Shown here piece after piece: positions 16,716 through 25,116 of a DNA stretch of 32,000 bases. Each line of letters opens with the position of its first letter. Position 1 is the first letter of the stretch. This DNA is from Mucisphaera calidilacus (GTDB lineage Bacteria; Planctomycetota; Phycisphaerae; Phycisphaerales; Phycisphaeraceae). The DNA lies in assembly GCF_007748075.1 (NCBI RefSeq), contig NZ_CP036280.1, positions 960,001 to 992,000 on the forward strand, written 5' to 3'. Below the pieces are notes generated by a model, which saw only the letters and a program-made list of their open reading frames with translations, made no database searches and was not told the DNA's origin. The position numbers were made by a program, and so were the translations under genes.

Positions 16716-17708
16716 TCATTCGTCGAAGCAGGCCTCCACGACCAACGCTTCGAATACCTGCGCGTACAGCGTGTGGGTGTCCTCCGACGGATGGATCACG
16801 TCCCGGTAATGCACCCGATCCTCCTTCGCGCCTTCGCGCAGCAAGGGCAGCATATCGACCGTCTGCACGCCCAGGCGTTCCGCCTCTGCGAGCATCGCAC
16901 GTCCGTTCGCGTGCAGTTGTCCGCTTGTCACCTCGTTCGCATCGGGGTGCACCACGAGAATCGCCTCGGCTCTCGTTGTCCGAGCCGAGTCAAACAATCC
17001 CCGAAGTGCCGACAACGATTTCTCCGCCGCCGGCATGTTGATGCGCGGTTGAAAGTCGGAGTCTGATTCCGGCGCGGGCTTCCGCGTGAGGTAGCGCCAC
17101 AGCGGCGGGCCGTAACGCACCAGGGCCTCGGTCGTTGCCGAGAACGGCTTGGCCGTCGGGTGCTCGCGTTCGTTGAGGGGCCCATAACCGGGCATGTCTG
17201 TCAGGTCGTGACTGGACACCACCACGATGACGACGTCCAGAGCTTCCAGCTCCAGCTGATCGAACGCCGCTGCCATGTTCACCGGTCCCCAGGAACCCGC
17301 CGACACGTTCCCAACCTCGATCGAACGATCGGTCATCGCTTGCAGACGTGCCCGCAGCACCTCCGCGGCGAGGTCCGACTGGTCCATCAGTGTCCCGCCG
17401 TTCATCACGCTGTCGCCCACGATCACCACGCGCACCCCGTCGTCTGTGTCGCGGGTTCTCGAAAAGGGCCCGGAACGCATCCCCAGTTCGTTGACGACGA
17501 TCCGGTTGCCCCAGCGGCGGCAATCCTGATTCGCAGCGAGCTTGTACTCCACCTCGGGGTCGGCGACCCACAGCGGCGGATCGCCCAGCCCCACGCCCCA
17601 ACGCAGATAGGCTTCCAGCCCGAGCAGCCCGAGCACCACCACGACGCCCAGAGCGATCAGCACCCGGCGAGGCCAGCGTCGTCGTTCGCTCGGCTCACTC
17701 AACGTCAC
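16716..17708 (-). CDS. SGNH/GDSL-family hydrolase, membrane-anchored or secreted
   Basis: GTG start. N-terminal TM RVLIALGVVVVLGLLGL, block I VVIVGDSVMNGG (GDS) and block V DVIHPS (DxxH). Confidence 0.75.
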   Translation of the reverse strand: MTLSEPSERRRWPRRVLIALGVVVVLGLLGLEAYLRWGVGLGDPPLWVADPEVEYKLAANQDCRRWGNRIVVNELGMRSGPFSRTRDTDDGVRVVIVGDSVMNGGTLMDQSDLAAEVLRARLQAMTDRSIEVGNVSAGSWGPVNMAAAFDQLELEALDVVIVVVSSHDLTDMPGYGPLNEREHPTAKPFSATTEALVRYGPPLWRYLTRKPAPESDSDFQPRINMPAAEKSLSALRGLFDSARTTRAEAILVVHPDANEVTSGQLHANGRAMLAEAERLGVQTVDMLPLLREGAKEDRVHYRDVIHPSEDTHTLYAQVFEALVVEACFDE

Positions 17709-18861
17709 GGCCCTCGATCCACGGGCGAAGCTCCTGCAAGGCCAGTATCGCGTAGGCCGTCGCCAGATTGGGATCGCCCTCCATCCAGCGCGGGCTGTCG
17801 TTCACCCAAAGGCCATCCTCACCCTGCAACTCAAGCAGGCGCTCGGCCAGCGCCTCTGCCCATGCCACCCCGCCCTCGTCCGTTACCAGTATCGGATCGC
17901 CCCACGCACTCAACGCCCGCGCCATGACGAGGTAGTAGTAGAACAGGCCCTCGCGTGCCTGCGCCTCGGGCATCCCCGGGTTGTGGTCGAGTACGTAGTT
18001 CTCGCGCAGCCAGCCGTACGCGGCACGCACTCTGGGGTCGTCCCTGTCCAACTCGGCGTAGAGGTAGCTCATGAAGCCAGCGTAGGTCATGGTGCCATAC
18101 GACCGCAGGCCCGACACCGGACGTCCTGCCAACGCTTCGTCGATCATCGCCGGGCTTGCTTTGGATTCCGGCACGCCGATCCGGTCGAGGTTGACCGACG
18201 TCGCGTAGATGAACCCGCCGTCACGCGGCAGCACCGCCTGGTCAAACAGATCGTTTTCACGCACCCCCTGCAGACGGGTCAGGAAGACCAGCGCACGCTG
18301 ATAGACCACGTCTTCCGCGTCCAGGCCGGAGCGGCGCAGGCCCGAGATCATCATCGCGGTGTTCGACAGGTCCGGCCGGCCGTGCCCGCCGTAGCCCGCG
18401 CCGCCGAAGTATGGGTGCGTCGGCGTCACCTTGTCGCCCTGGGGGTCTGCCTGATCGACCCACTGCAGGCCGCGCAGATAGTCGTGCGCACGATCGATGA
18501 CGTCCGCGACCTCGACCCGATCTGACACATAAGCCAGCGCGGCGATCGAGATCGAGGTGTTGTAGTTTTGCAGAAACCCGCCGTGGATCCCGCCGTCTTC
18601 TCGGGCGAAGGACAAGACGTATCCCAGTGCTCGCTCGGCAGGGGGGTATTCAATCCCGTACCCCGGCTCCGCCAGCATCCCCTCCAGTACCATCGCGGTG
18701 ACCGCGGGCCCGGGTTCGGGCGTCCATGCGCCCGTCTCGCGCTGTCGCTCGGACAGGGCCTCAATCGCGTGGCCGACCGCCGCGTCAACGCGTTTCGATA
18801 CAGCTTCGCCGCTCGCTACCCCCGTGATCATCAGCCAAACCACCAGCATCAGGACACGCAT
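17695..18861 (-). CDS. Secreted prenyltransferase/squalene-oxidase-repeat (terpenoid cyclase-fold) protein
   Basis: Track ORF 17695..18888; ATG 18861 (MRVLMLVVWLMITGVASG signal peptide) is preferred. Repeats of the type GGIHGGFLQNYNTSISIAAL and GGAGYGGHGRPDLSNTAMMISGL are typical of this fold. It overlaps the SGNH gene start by 14 nt. Confidence 0.75.
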   Translation of the reverse strand: MRVLMLVVWLMITGVASGEAVSKRVDAAVGHAIEALSERQRETGAWTPEPGPAVTAMVLEGMLAEPGYGIEYPPAERALGYVLSFAREDGGIHGGFLQNYNTSISIAALAYVSDRVEVADVIDRAHDYLRGLQWVDQADPQGDKVTPTHPYFGGAGYGGHGRPDLSNTAMMISGLRRSGLDAEDVVYQRALVFLTRLQGVRENDLFDQAVLPRDGGFIYATSVNLDRIGVPESKASPAMIDEALAGRPVSGLRSYGTMTYAGFMSYLYAELDRDDPRVRAAYGWLRENYVLDHNPGMPEAQAREGLFYYYLVMARALSAWGDPILVTDEGGVAWAEALAERLLELQGEDGLWVNDSPRWMEGDPNLATAYAILALQELRPWIEGRDVE

Positions 18862-18889
18862 CGACCGCTCCTTGCCCCCGCACCACACG

Positions 18890-19327
18890 TCAGATCAGCC
18901 CTTCCCACGTCGCGGGACAGAGCAGCACGGGGATCGTCGCGTTCCGGATGATGTTCGATGGCACGTCGCCTGAGATCATCCGCTTGAGCACCCCGCGGCC
19001 TGTCAGCCCGAGCACGATCATCGAGCACTGGTACTTGCTCGCGGTGTTGAGGATCGCCTTGGCCACGTGATCCGAGTAGAGCATGATTCCCTCCGACTCG
19101 ATCCCGTGCTCGCTGAGGCCGTCGGTCAGCGTTGCCAGCGTCTGCTCGCCACGCTCGCTCGCCTGTTCCTCGGTCTCCTCGTCATCCATCAACATCGCCA
19201 CGTGCGCAACGACAACACTCGCGTTCAGGCGTTTGGCCAGGTCTGCCATCGGCCGAACCAGCTTCTCGCTGGCCCAGGGTGACGAAACCGCAATCAGAAT
19301 CCGCGAATCGGGCACGGGCAACTCCAA
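18890..19327 (-). CDS. Universal stress protein (UspA family)
   Basis: ILIAVSSPWASEKL...VVVAHV...MIVLGLTGRGVLKRMISGDVPSNIIRNATIPVLLC is a typical Usp fold pattern. The track start is TTG 19327 and GTG 19315 is an alternative. Confidence 0.8.
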   Translation of the reverse strand: MELPVPDSRILIAVSSPWASEKLVRPMADLAKRLNASVVVAHVAMLMDDEETEEQASERGEQTLATLTDGLSEHGIESEGIMLYSDHVAKAILNTASKYQCSMIVLGLTGRGVLKRMISGDVPSNIIRNATIPVLLCPATWEGLI

Positions 19328-19370
19328 AGCTCACGATCCAACACAACATCCTACGCCCCACCGCCCCGAC

Positions 19371-19889
19371 TCACCAACCGCCGCCCTCGGGGTCTGAGAT
19401 CTCGAGCGGCTGATCGGGAATGGCCCCGGCCGCCAGCGAACGGATCAGGTTTCCAAGGTCACGCGGCGCAAACCGCGTTGTTGCGTCCCGGCCGATCTCC
19501 GAAACCGGCCACCATCGAAATTCGCCGAGCGTCATAAGCTCGTCCTCGGTCGGGTCGTGTCGTGTGACGGTTGGCCGTTCGGTGACCCGGCAGAGGAAAA
19601 ACTTTTCCCGCTGATCGTAAATCCGTCCCAGCCATGGGAATACATGCCGACGCTTCCAGACCCACGACCCCAGGGCGAGCCCCTCGATCCCCGTTTCCTC
19701 ACGCAGTTCACGCAGTGCCGCCGCCTCGTGCGTCTCGCCCGTCTCGCACCCGCCGCCTGGCGTGATCCAGAACACCTCCCCCGTCTGCGGATTACGGCAG
19801 GCGATCAGCAGCAGGCAGTCCGACGCGTCCAGCAACAGCACACGCCCCGCCTGGCGAACCCAATCAGCGGTAGGCGTCGACGACGTCAT
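19371..19889 (-). CDS. NUDIX hydrolase
   Basis: Complete Nudix box Gx5Ex7REUxEExGU: GGCETGETHEAAALRELREETGI. Confidence 0.9.
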   Translation of the reverse strand: MTSSTPTADWVRQAGRVLLLDASDCLLLIACRNPQTGEVFWITPGGGCETGETHEAAALRELREETGIEGLALGSWVWKRRHVFPWLGRIYDQREKFFLCRVTERPTVTRHDPTEDELMTLGEFRWWPVSEIGRDATTRFAPRDLGNLIRSLAAGAIPDQPLEISDPEGGGW

Positions 19890-19918
19890 GCAACTCGGAT
19901 CCTCCCGGAACCTCGCCC

Positions 19919-20851
19919 TCAGGCATCAAGGGAACGCAGGCCCAGGCCGTTCTCGGTGAGCTTTTCCTTGATCTCGACCAGCGAGGTCATGCCGAAGTTC
20001 TTCACGCCCATCAGTTCGGCTTCGGTCTTCATCGCGAGGTCGCCGATGGTCTGCACGTTGAGCAGCGCCAGCGCCTTGCGGGCACGTACCGACAGGTTCA
20101 ACTCGTTGACCGACTTGCTCAGCATCTCGTCGTTGCCACCCTGCTCGCGCAGCTGCTCGTAGACCTGCTCCTTGACCGACTCCTGGTGCTGTTCTACGGC
20201 CTGACCGAGTTTGAGGCCCTTCTGAGCCAGCATGGTCTTGATTTCTTCGAGCGACGCGTCGCCGAAGTTCTTGAAGGACCGAAGCTCCGGCTCCGTCACA
20301 CGCAGCAGGTCGCCGAGCGTACGGATGCTCATCTTTCGCAGGGCGTTTCTGGTCCGCACCGACAGCTCGAAGTCGGTGACCGGCGTGTCGAGCATCGCGT
20401 TGTGCTTCTCGAGTCGCTTCTCCTGCTCGTCATCGATGAGCATGCCCTTCGACGCCATGATGTCCTTGATGAACAGGCGTGCACGCGGGTGATTCGGCTC
20501 GGTGTTGAGCACCTGGCGGATGCAGCGCTCGGCCCGCGCGAAGTGGCTGCGGTCTTCGTAGAGGACCGCGAGGTTGATCAGTGCCTGGAGCGAAGGTCGT
20601 TCCTGGCGGACCGCTTCTTCGTAGAGGTGCAGGGCCTCGTCTTCTTCGCCGAGCAGGTCGAGGTTGTAAGCGAGGCGGAAGCAGACGTTCGCGTCCTGCG
20701 GATCGGCCGTGTAGGCCGCCTCGTAGGAGGAGATCGCCGCCATGCGGTCGCCGGACATTTCTGCCTGCCACCCCTGATCGAAGTACTTCTTCGCCGTCTC
20801 GGTATCACGAACCTCGCTGGAGTCGCCAGCGTACGCCGCGGTTTCTGTCAT
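19919..20851 (-). CDS. TPR-repeat protein fused to two RNA polymerase alpha-subunit C-terminal-domain (alphaCTD, helix-hairpin-helix) modules
   Basis: TPR-like N-terminal half (YFDQGWQAEMSGDRMAAISSYEAAYTADP...). It is followed by FELSVRTRNALRKMSIRTLGDLLRVTEPELRSFKNFGDASLEEIKTMLAQKGLKL and LNLSVRARKALALLNVQTIGDLAMKTEAELMGVKNFGMTSLVEIKEKLTENGLGL. Both match the RpoA alphaCTD pattern (LxLSVRxxNxL...I.T.GdL......eL....NfG.kSl.EI...L...GL). Confidence 0.85.
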   Translation of the reverse strand: MTETAAYAGDSSEVRDTETAKKYFDQGWQAEMSGDRMAAISSYEAAYTADPQDANVCFRLAYNLDLLGEEDEALHLYEEAVRQERPSLQALINLAVLYEDRSHFARAERCIRQVLNTEPNHPRARLFIKDIMASKGMLIDDEQEKRLEKHNAMLDTPVTDFELSVRTRNALRKMSIRTLGDLLRVTEPELRSFKNFGDASLEEIKTMLAQKGLKLGQAVEQHQESVKEQVYEQLREQGGNDEMLSKSVNELNLSVRARKALALLNVQTIGDLAMKTEAELMGVKNFGMTSLVEIKEKLTENGLGLRSLDA

Positions 20852-20936
20852 AGTGCAGCCTCATGCATGGTGCTTTGGGAAGCCCATCAGTGTATCGCCA
20901 CCCGGATAAATTGACAAACGACGCTATGGCCGATGC

Positions 20937-21476
20937 TTACGGCTGCCCCGCACGCTCTGACACCGCCTCCGACAGCCGTATCTCCAGGCGATCCAGAGCC
21001 TCGACCACGTCCTGAATCTCGCGTGCGATTCGCCCGTAACGGCTCAGCGTCGCGGCTTCTGGGGTAATCATCTCGGGCGGAGCGTCGGAAACCACCGGTT
21101 CTCTGAGCACGGGTTGCTGCGTGCTCGTCGCCCCGTCAGGCGGGCCAGCGGGCCCGATCCGGAGCATGCGCTGTTCCCGATGAACCTTGCCCGCTTCCGC
21201 GTCGGCGTCTTCACGCCGGATGTAGTCCAGAACCTCGGATGAGCCTGATTCGACCGGGGCGGATGCCTGAGGCTCGGTCTCCGGTTCCGCTTGTTCAGGC
21301 TCTTCGACAGCGGGTGGAACACGCGTCTCGTTGGTCTGCTCCGAGCCCCAGTACCACCAAGCAGCAGCGGCACCCAGTGCGAGTGTCGCCGCAACCACCA
21401 GCACGATCAGCATGCCGCACTTGCAGCACGGCCCCTCGCCGCTGCAGCCATCACACCGGTTCTTCTGGTCACTCAT
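20937..21476 (-). CDS. Hypothetical bitopic membrane protein with a Cys-rich cytoplasmic N-terminus
   Basis: MSDQKNRCDGCSGEGPCCKCG, then the TM MLIVLVVAATLALGAAAAWWYW, an acidic/Pro-rich linker and a helical C-terminus. Its start overlaps the upstream gene's end by 8 nt. Confidence 0.65.
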   Translation of the reverse strand: MSDQKNRCDGCSGEGPCCKCGMLIVLVVAATLALGAAAAWWYWGSEQTNETRVPPAVEEPEQAEPETEPQASAPVESGSSEVLDYIRREDADAEAGKVHREQRMLRIGPAGPPDGATSTQQPVLREPVVSDAPPEMITPEAATLSRYGRIAREIQDVVEALDRLEIRLSEAVSERAGQP

Positions 21477-21918
21477 CGCTCAGGAACTCCGTGAAGTCCA
21501 GCTCTGCCAGGAATGCTTCTGTTTCCTGCCGGACCACCGCGAGTGCACGCTCACGGCCTCGTTCCAGCAGGGCTGATGCGCGTTCCACGGTTCTGGCCCG
21601 CTGTTCATCGCTCAATTCGTGCGCGGTTCCCAGTTCGGGCACGGACTGGTGCGTCCTGGCTGCCAGCATCTCGATCCGGTTCACCAGCGTGTCGAGCCGA
21701 CGCTCCACCTCGATCTGACGCGCGTAGAGGTCAAGCGGTCGCTCGCCGTCCAGGACACGCACCGCTGCGAGTTGATCCAGTTCCTCGAGCTGCCGTGCGA
21801 GGCCGTCTCGCTGCTCAAGCAGTCGGCGCATCTCGGCACGCTCCGTCGGCGTCGCCGCCCAGGTTGTTGCGCACAGGCACAAGGCAACCAGCACACTCAG
21901 ACAGGGCACACGCATCAT
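21469..21918 (-). CDS. Hypothetical secreted coiled-coil protein
   Basis: Signal peptide MMRVPCLSVLVALCLCATTWA, followed by heptad-like Arg/Glu/Leu-rich sequence. ATGA overlap with the upstream gene. Confidence 0.65.
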   Translation of the reverse strand: MMRVPCLSVLVALCLCATTWAATPTERAEMRRLLEQRDGLARQLEELDQLAAVRVLDGERPLDLYARQIEVERRLDTLVNRIEMLAARTHQSVPELGTAHELSDEQRARTVERASALLERGRERALAVVRQETEAFLAELDFTEFLSDE

Positions 21919-22892
21919 CGTGACTCCTCTCGCAGCCGCTCCATCCGGAGCAGTAACTCGGGATCGGTCGCCTCGTCCACCAGCCGACCCCGTTCGTCGG
22001 TGTCCAGAGCTTCCGCGTCGTCCAGCCTCTGCTCAAGCTCCAATGCCTCGCCTTCGATGGCCACCTCGGCCGCCTCGGTGAAGCGATCGGCCTGCTGCTG
22101 CAGACGCCGGAGCGTGTCCTGCAGGCCACGCATCGGGCCGTCGGAACCGTCGTCGAACATTTCCATCAACTGCTGGGCACCCTCGACCGTCCGGATCAGC
22201 TCCAGGTTGTCTCGAAGCCGACGCTGCGTCGTTTCGAAACGGGCAAACAGCATCTCCGTTGCCATGACCAGTTGCTCGTGCACCAGCGCCGCTCGCTCCA
22301 GCACACTCACCACGTTGACCCACACGCGTCGCTGGTCCGGTGTCATCCGGAGACTCAGCAGCCGAACCTCCGCCAACTCGCGTACGGAGCGGTAATGAGC
22401 CACGAGTCGCGCGCGGCGGGCAGTGTCCTGCTCATCCATGATCCGTCGCGCAATTCCATCCAGAAGGTCCTGATCCTCGTGGGTCAGGCCTGACAAGTCA
22501 GGCGCCACGTCGGTGTCCAGAGCTTGCGCCAGACGACGGCGCGCCCACGCGATCTGTTCCGCGAGGTCTTCCTGACCGCGCCACATGGCGTTGAGCACCG
22601 AACGACGGTGCGCGACCACATCGTCCACCGCCAAAAGGCAGACACGGACCGCAGCCTCGACATCACCACGCCCGAGGAGCACCTCCGCCTGATCGACGGC
22701 GTGCACAAAGCCAGCGAAGGATCCGCTCAGTTCACGCTCAAGCGGAGAGACCGAGGCACCGAGTCGTTCGATGGTCAGACCGAATCCATACCCCTCGACA
22801 CCGACCGACGCACGGTCCGCCCACGCCGCGGACCCGATCAGGCCACACAGCAGGACCCCCAGCATGAGAGGCAGGCGATGATGAGGTCTCAC
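21915..22892 (-). CDS. Hypothetical secreted all-alpha protein
   Basis: GTG start in a GTGA overlap with the upstream gene. Signal peptide RLPLMLGVLLCGLIGSAAWA, then 300 aa of predicted helical Arg/Glu/Leu/Asp-rich sequence. No family recognised. Confidence 0.65.
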   Translation of the reverse strand: MRPHHRLPLMLGVLLCGLIGSAAWADRASVGVEGYGFGLTIERLGASVSPLERELSGSFAGFVHAVDQAEVLLGRGDVEAAVRVCLLAVDDVVAHRRSVLNAMWRGQEDLAEQIAWARRRLAQALDTDVAPDLSGLTHEDQDLLDGIARRIMDEQDTARRARLVAHYRSVRELAEVRLLSLRMTPDQRRVWVNVVSVLERAALVHEQLVMATEMLFARFETTQRRLRDNLELIRTVEGAQQLMEMFDDGSDGPMRGLQDTLRRLQQQADRFTEAAEVAIEGEALELEQRLDDAEALDTDERGRLVDEATDPELLLRMERLREESR

Positions 22893-23383
22893 CTGGGCTT
22901 ACCTCCGTCGTGATGAGGCGGCTCGGGTACCGCCACCGGCGTATCAGGAACGGTGACGCGCAAGCGATCGGCGCTTTGGGCGACCTGTGCGCGCAAGCCC
23001 GGATCGCTGATGTTGGACCAGTAGGCACCCGCCAGGCGTGCATCGCCCTCCATCACCGCCTCGCTGCCCGCGACGAGGTAGGCCAGGCTGCTCACACGCT
23101 CTCGCTCACGATCCTGTTTTGATTCTGAAGCCGCCGCGGCGATCTCAAGCTTGGCTAGCTCAAGATCGGCCGTTTGGATGGCCACCGTCGCCGCCTCCAG
23201 GTGAGAAGCCACACGTTCCGCTCGCGACGGGGCTGACTGGCACCCCCACGCCGGCAGCAGCAACGCCGTCACCAGCAGCCAACGAAAAGCCCATCCCGGC
23301 AGGCGGGAACACTCGTGCGCGTGTCTGTCCATCCTTCTTATATTCGGACGTTCTCGCACGCCGACTCGAACAACCTCGTCCAC
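22889..23383 (-). CDS. Hypothetical lipoprotein-like exported protein
   Basis: WLLVTALLLPAWGC resembles a signal peptide plus lipobox Cys. The start is uncertain (GTG 23383 or ATG 23332). The mature part is helical with a Pro-rich C-terminus. Confidence 0.55.
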   Translation of the reverse strand: MDEVVRVGVRERPNIRRMDRHAHECSRLPGWAFRWLLVTALLLPAWGCQSAPSRAERVASHLEAATVAIQTADLELAKLEIAAAASESKQDRERERVSSLAYLVAGSEAVMEGDARLAGAYWSNISDPGLRAQVAQSADRLRVTVPDTPVAVPEPPHHDGGKPR

Positions 23384-23398
23384 GCTCCTGACGTCATC

Positions 23399-24745
23399 TC
23401 ACTCCGAATCGCTGCGACCCTTCCGACCGGCAGAAACCGGACGCTTGAGCAGTGCCGCAGCACCCGCCATCACCGTCAGCGTCCCCGGCTCGGGGATTTC
23501 GGCGGGCGGCCCGACCAGATCTACCAGAATGGTGTCGAGCAGGCCGCGCCACTGACCCCAGGAGTGGCCCTCGTTGACTTCTAAGTAACTGTAGTCGTAG
23601 CCGTTAGCGCCGAGTATGACGTCCATGGTCGCCCCGCCGGTGCCGTCGTATTCTGCGCCCCCGGTCATGCTGATCCGTACCTGGTCCTGGAGATCGAGCG
23701 TCTGGTACCAGCCGTAGATCTCCGTGAACGTCCAGAAGGCGGGCGACTGAACCCCCGCGTTCCCGAAGACGTCAGGCCGCAGGGCAGTTGTGTAGGCCGC
23801 GTTGAGACCGCCCAGTGACGTCCCCATGATCGTTCGCGCTGTGGCCGAAGCATCCGTGCGGAAGTTCCGATCGATCAGCGGCACCAGGTCTTCGGCCAGA
23901 AAGGCCACGAAGTTGCCGTTGTCGATGTACTGCTCGGCGCGACGATTCTGACCGGTCTGCGGGTCACGCGGGTCCACGAACACCGCGATCACGGGGCGTA
24001 AGACCTCGTCCGCAATCAGGTTGTCCAGCACAGTCACCATGCCACCGAGGCGTTCATCCAGATACTCGTGGCCATCCGTGACATACACCACCGGGAGGTC
24101 CTTGAGGCCCTCCTCGGCGTAGCCCGCCGGCGTGTAGACCCGCACATTGACGTCGTAGGGCAGGTGCGGTGTCTCGACCCTTGCATTGCCGGTGACCGTC
24201 CCGCGTGGGACCTCCGGCCGACGCACCGTCTCCATCGGGAATTCGTAGCCGTCCATGCGGAGTTCCGAGTTCGGCCCGAAACCACTCCACATCGTCAGCG
24301 GGTTGATCGGATCGAGAACCCAGGCACCGTTGCGGATCACCTTGTAATCCAGCCGGCTGTCCGCGTGGAAGGTCCGCTCGAGCACCCAGAGGTCGGTTCC
24401 CGGGACGTTCTCGCCGGCGACCGGGCGCCAGCCCGAGAAATCACCCGCCCAGCTCACAGAACTCGCGACGCCGCGGTAGAGGAACGCGACCCGATCATCA
24501 AAGACGTAAGGCACCTGATTCGAGGAGACCAGGTTGCTCCACAAGGCGTTGAGTGCCGCAGTCCGCTCGCCGTCATCCGTGATCGCCGGGAGAGCCATCA
24601 CCTCGGCACGCAGTTCCTCGTACGAGCCGTAGGGCTGCTCACGTTCAAAAAACGGGTCGTACTGACCGTGACTCATGGTTGCTGCTCCCAGAATCAATCC
24701 CAAGGCTGGACCACCACACAACTTCCGGCAGAACGACCGCATCAC
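23399..24745 (-). CDS. Secreted esterase (PF00756-type alpha/beta hydrolase) with an N-terminal CBM48/E-set-like module and a C-terminal PEP-CTERM anchor
   Basis: Signal peptide, then VSWAGDFSGWRPV...DYKVIRNGAWVLDPINP (glycogen-binding-module-like). Next come YVTDGHEY, the nucleophile elbow GTSLGGLNAAY and EGHSWGQW. The C-terminal sequence IPEPGTLTVMAGAAALLKRP plus a basic tail is a PEP-CTERM motif. A GAGGAG RBS favours ATG 24742 (GTG 24745 in the track). Confidence 0.8.
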   Translation of the reverse strand: MMRSFCRKLCGGPALGLILGAATMSHGQYDPFFEREQPYGSYEELRAEVMALPAITDDGERTAALNALWSNLVSSNQVPYVFDDRVAFLYRGVASSVSWAGDFSGWRPVAGENVPGTDLWVLERTFHADSRLDYKVIRNGAWVLDPINPLTMWSGFGPNSELRMDGYEFPMETVRRPEVPRGTVTGNARVETPHLPYDVNVRVYTPAGYAEEGLKDLPVVYVTDGHEYLDERLGGMVTVLDNLIADEVLRPVIAVFVDPRDPQTGQNRRAEQYIDNGNFVAFLAEDLVPLIDRNFRTDASATARTIMGTSLGGLNAAYTTALRPDVFGNAGVQSPAFWTFTEIYGWYQTLDLQDQVRISMTGGAEYDGTGGATMDVILGANGYDYSYLEVNEGHSWGQWRGLLDTILVDLVGPPAEIPEPGTLTVMAGAAALLKRPVSAGRKGRSDSE

Positions 24746-24800
24746 AGAATCTCCTCAGTCGCAGGGATCGGCATGGTTGCCTCGTGAAAAACCGATCCAG

Positions 24801-24812
24801 TGAATCGTTTAA
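24801..24812. promoter_or_regulatory. Candidate LacI-family operator (TGAATCGTTTAA) upstream of the esterase gene
   Basis: This 12-mer matches the site at 29478-29489 in 11 of 12 positions and fits the generic LacI half-palindrome TGxAxCGxTxxA centred on CG. It lies about 56-70 nt upstream of the esterase start. On the minus strand it sits just downstream of a TATGAT -10-like hexamer (24821-24826). Confidence 0.45.
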
Positions 24813-25054
24813 CTACGCCAATCATACATCACGCAGGGGCCGCTACACCGCGCGGTTCATCATTTCACGCAAAGTCTGAGTGATGCCCGCACAGGCTTAA
24901 GGCTGCAAGGATCACGTCTCGTGGACGACCACCCACCACCAGCCCCTGCCGCTCAATAGCCCACCTACGCCCCGTGTTCCTGATGCCGGTCAACGTCGCG
25001 GTCTCGATCGGCGCAGGAAGCGGTTGTTACCGGGGGATGCCGTAGGGCGGGGCA

Positions 25055-25091
25055 GGCCGTGACCCGATCAGGCGGACGATCGGGCACGGCC
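25055..25091 (-). terminator. GC-rich hairpin downstream of the GH13 gene (terminator-like, no U-tract)
   Basis: GGCCGTGACCCGATC - 8-nt loop - GATCGGGCACGGCC forms a 14-bp stem with one bulged base. It starts 26 nt after the amylase stop codon (25117-25119). Confidence 0.5.
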
Positions 25092-25116
25092 ACTTCTCTA
25101 TGCCCCGAGTGATGCA

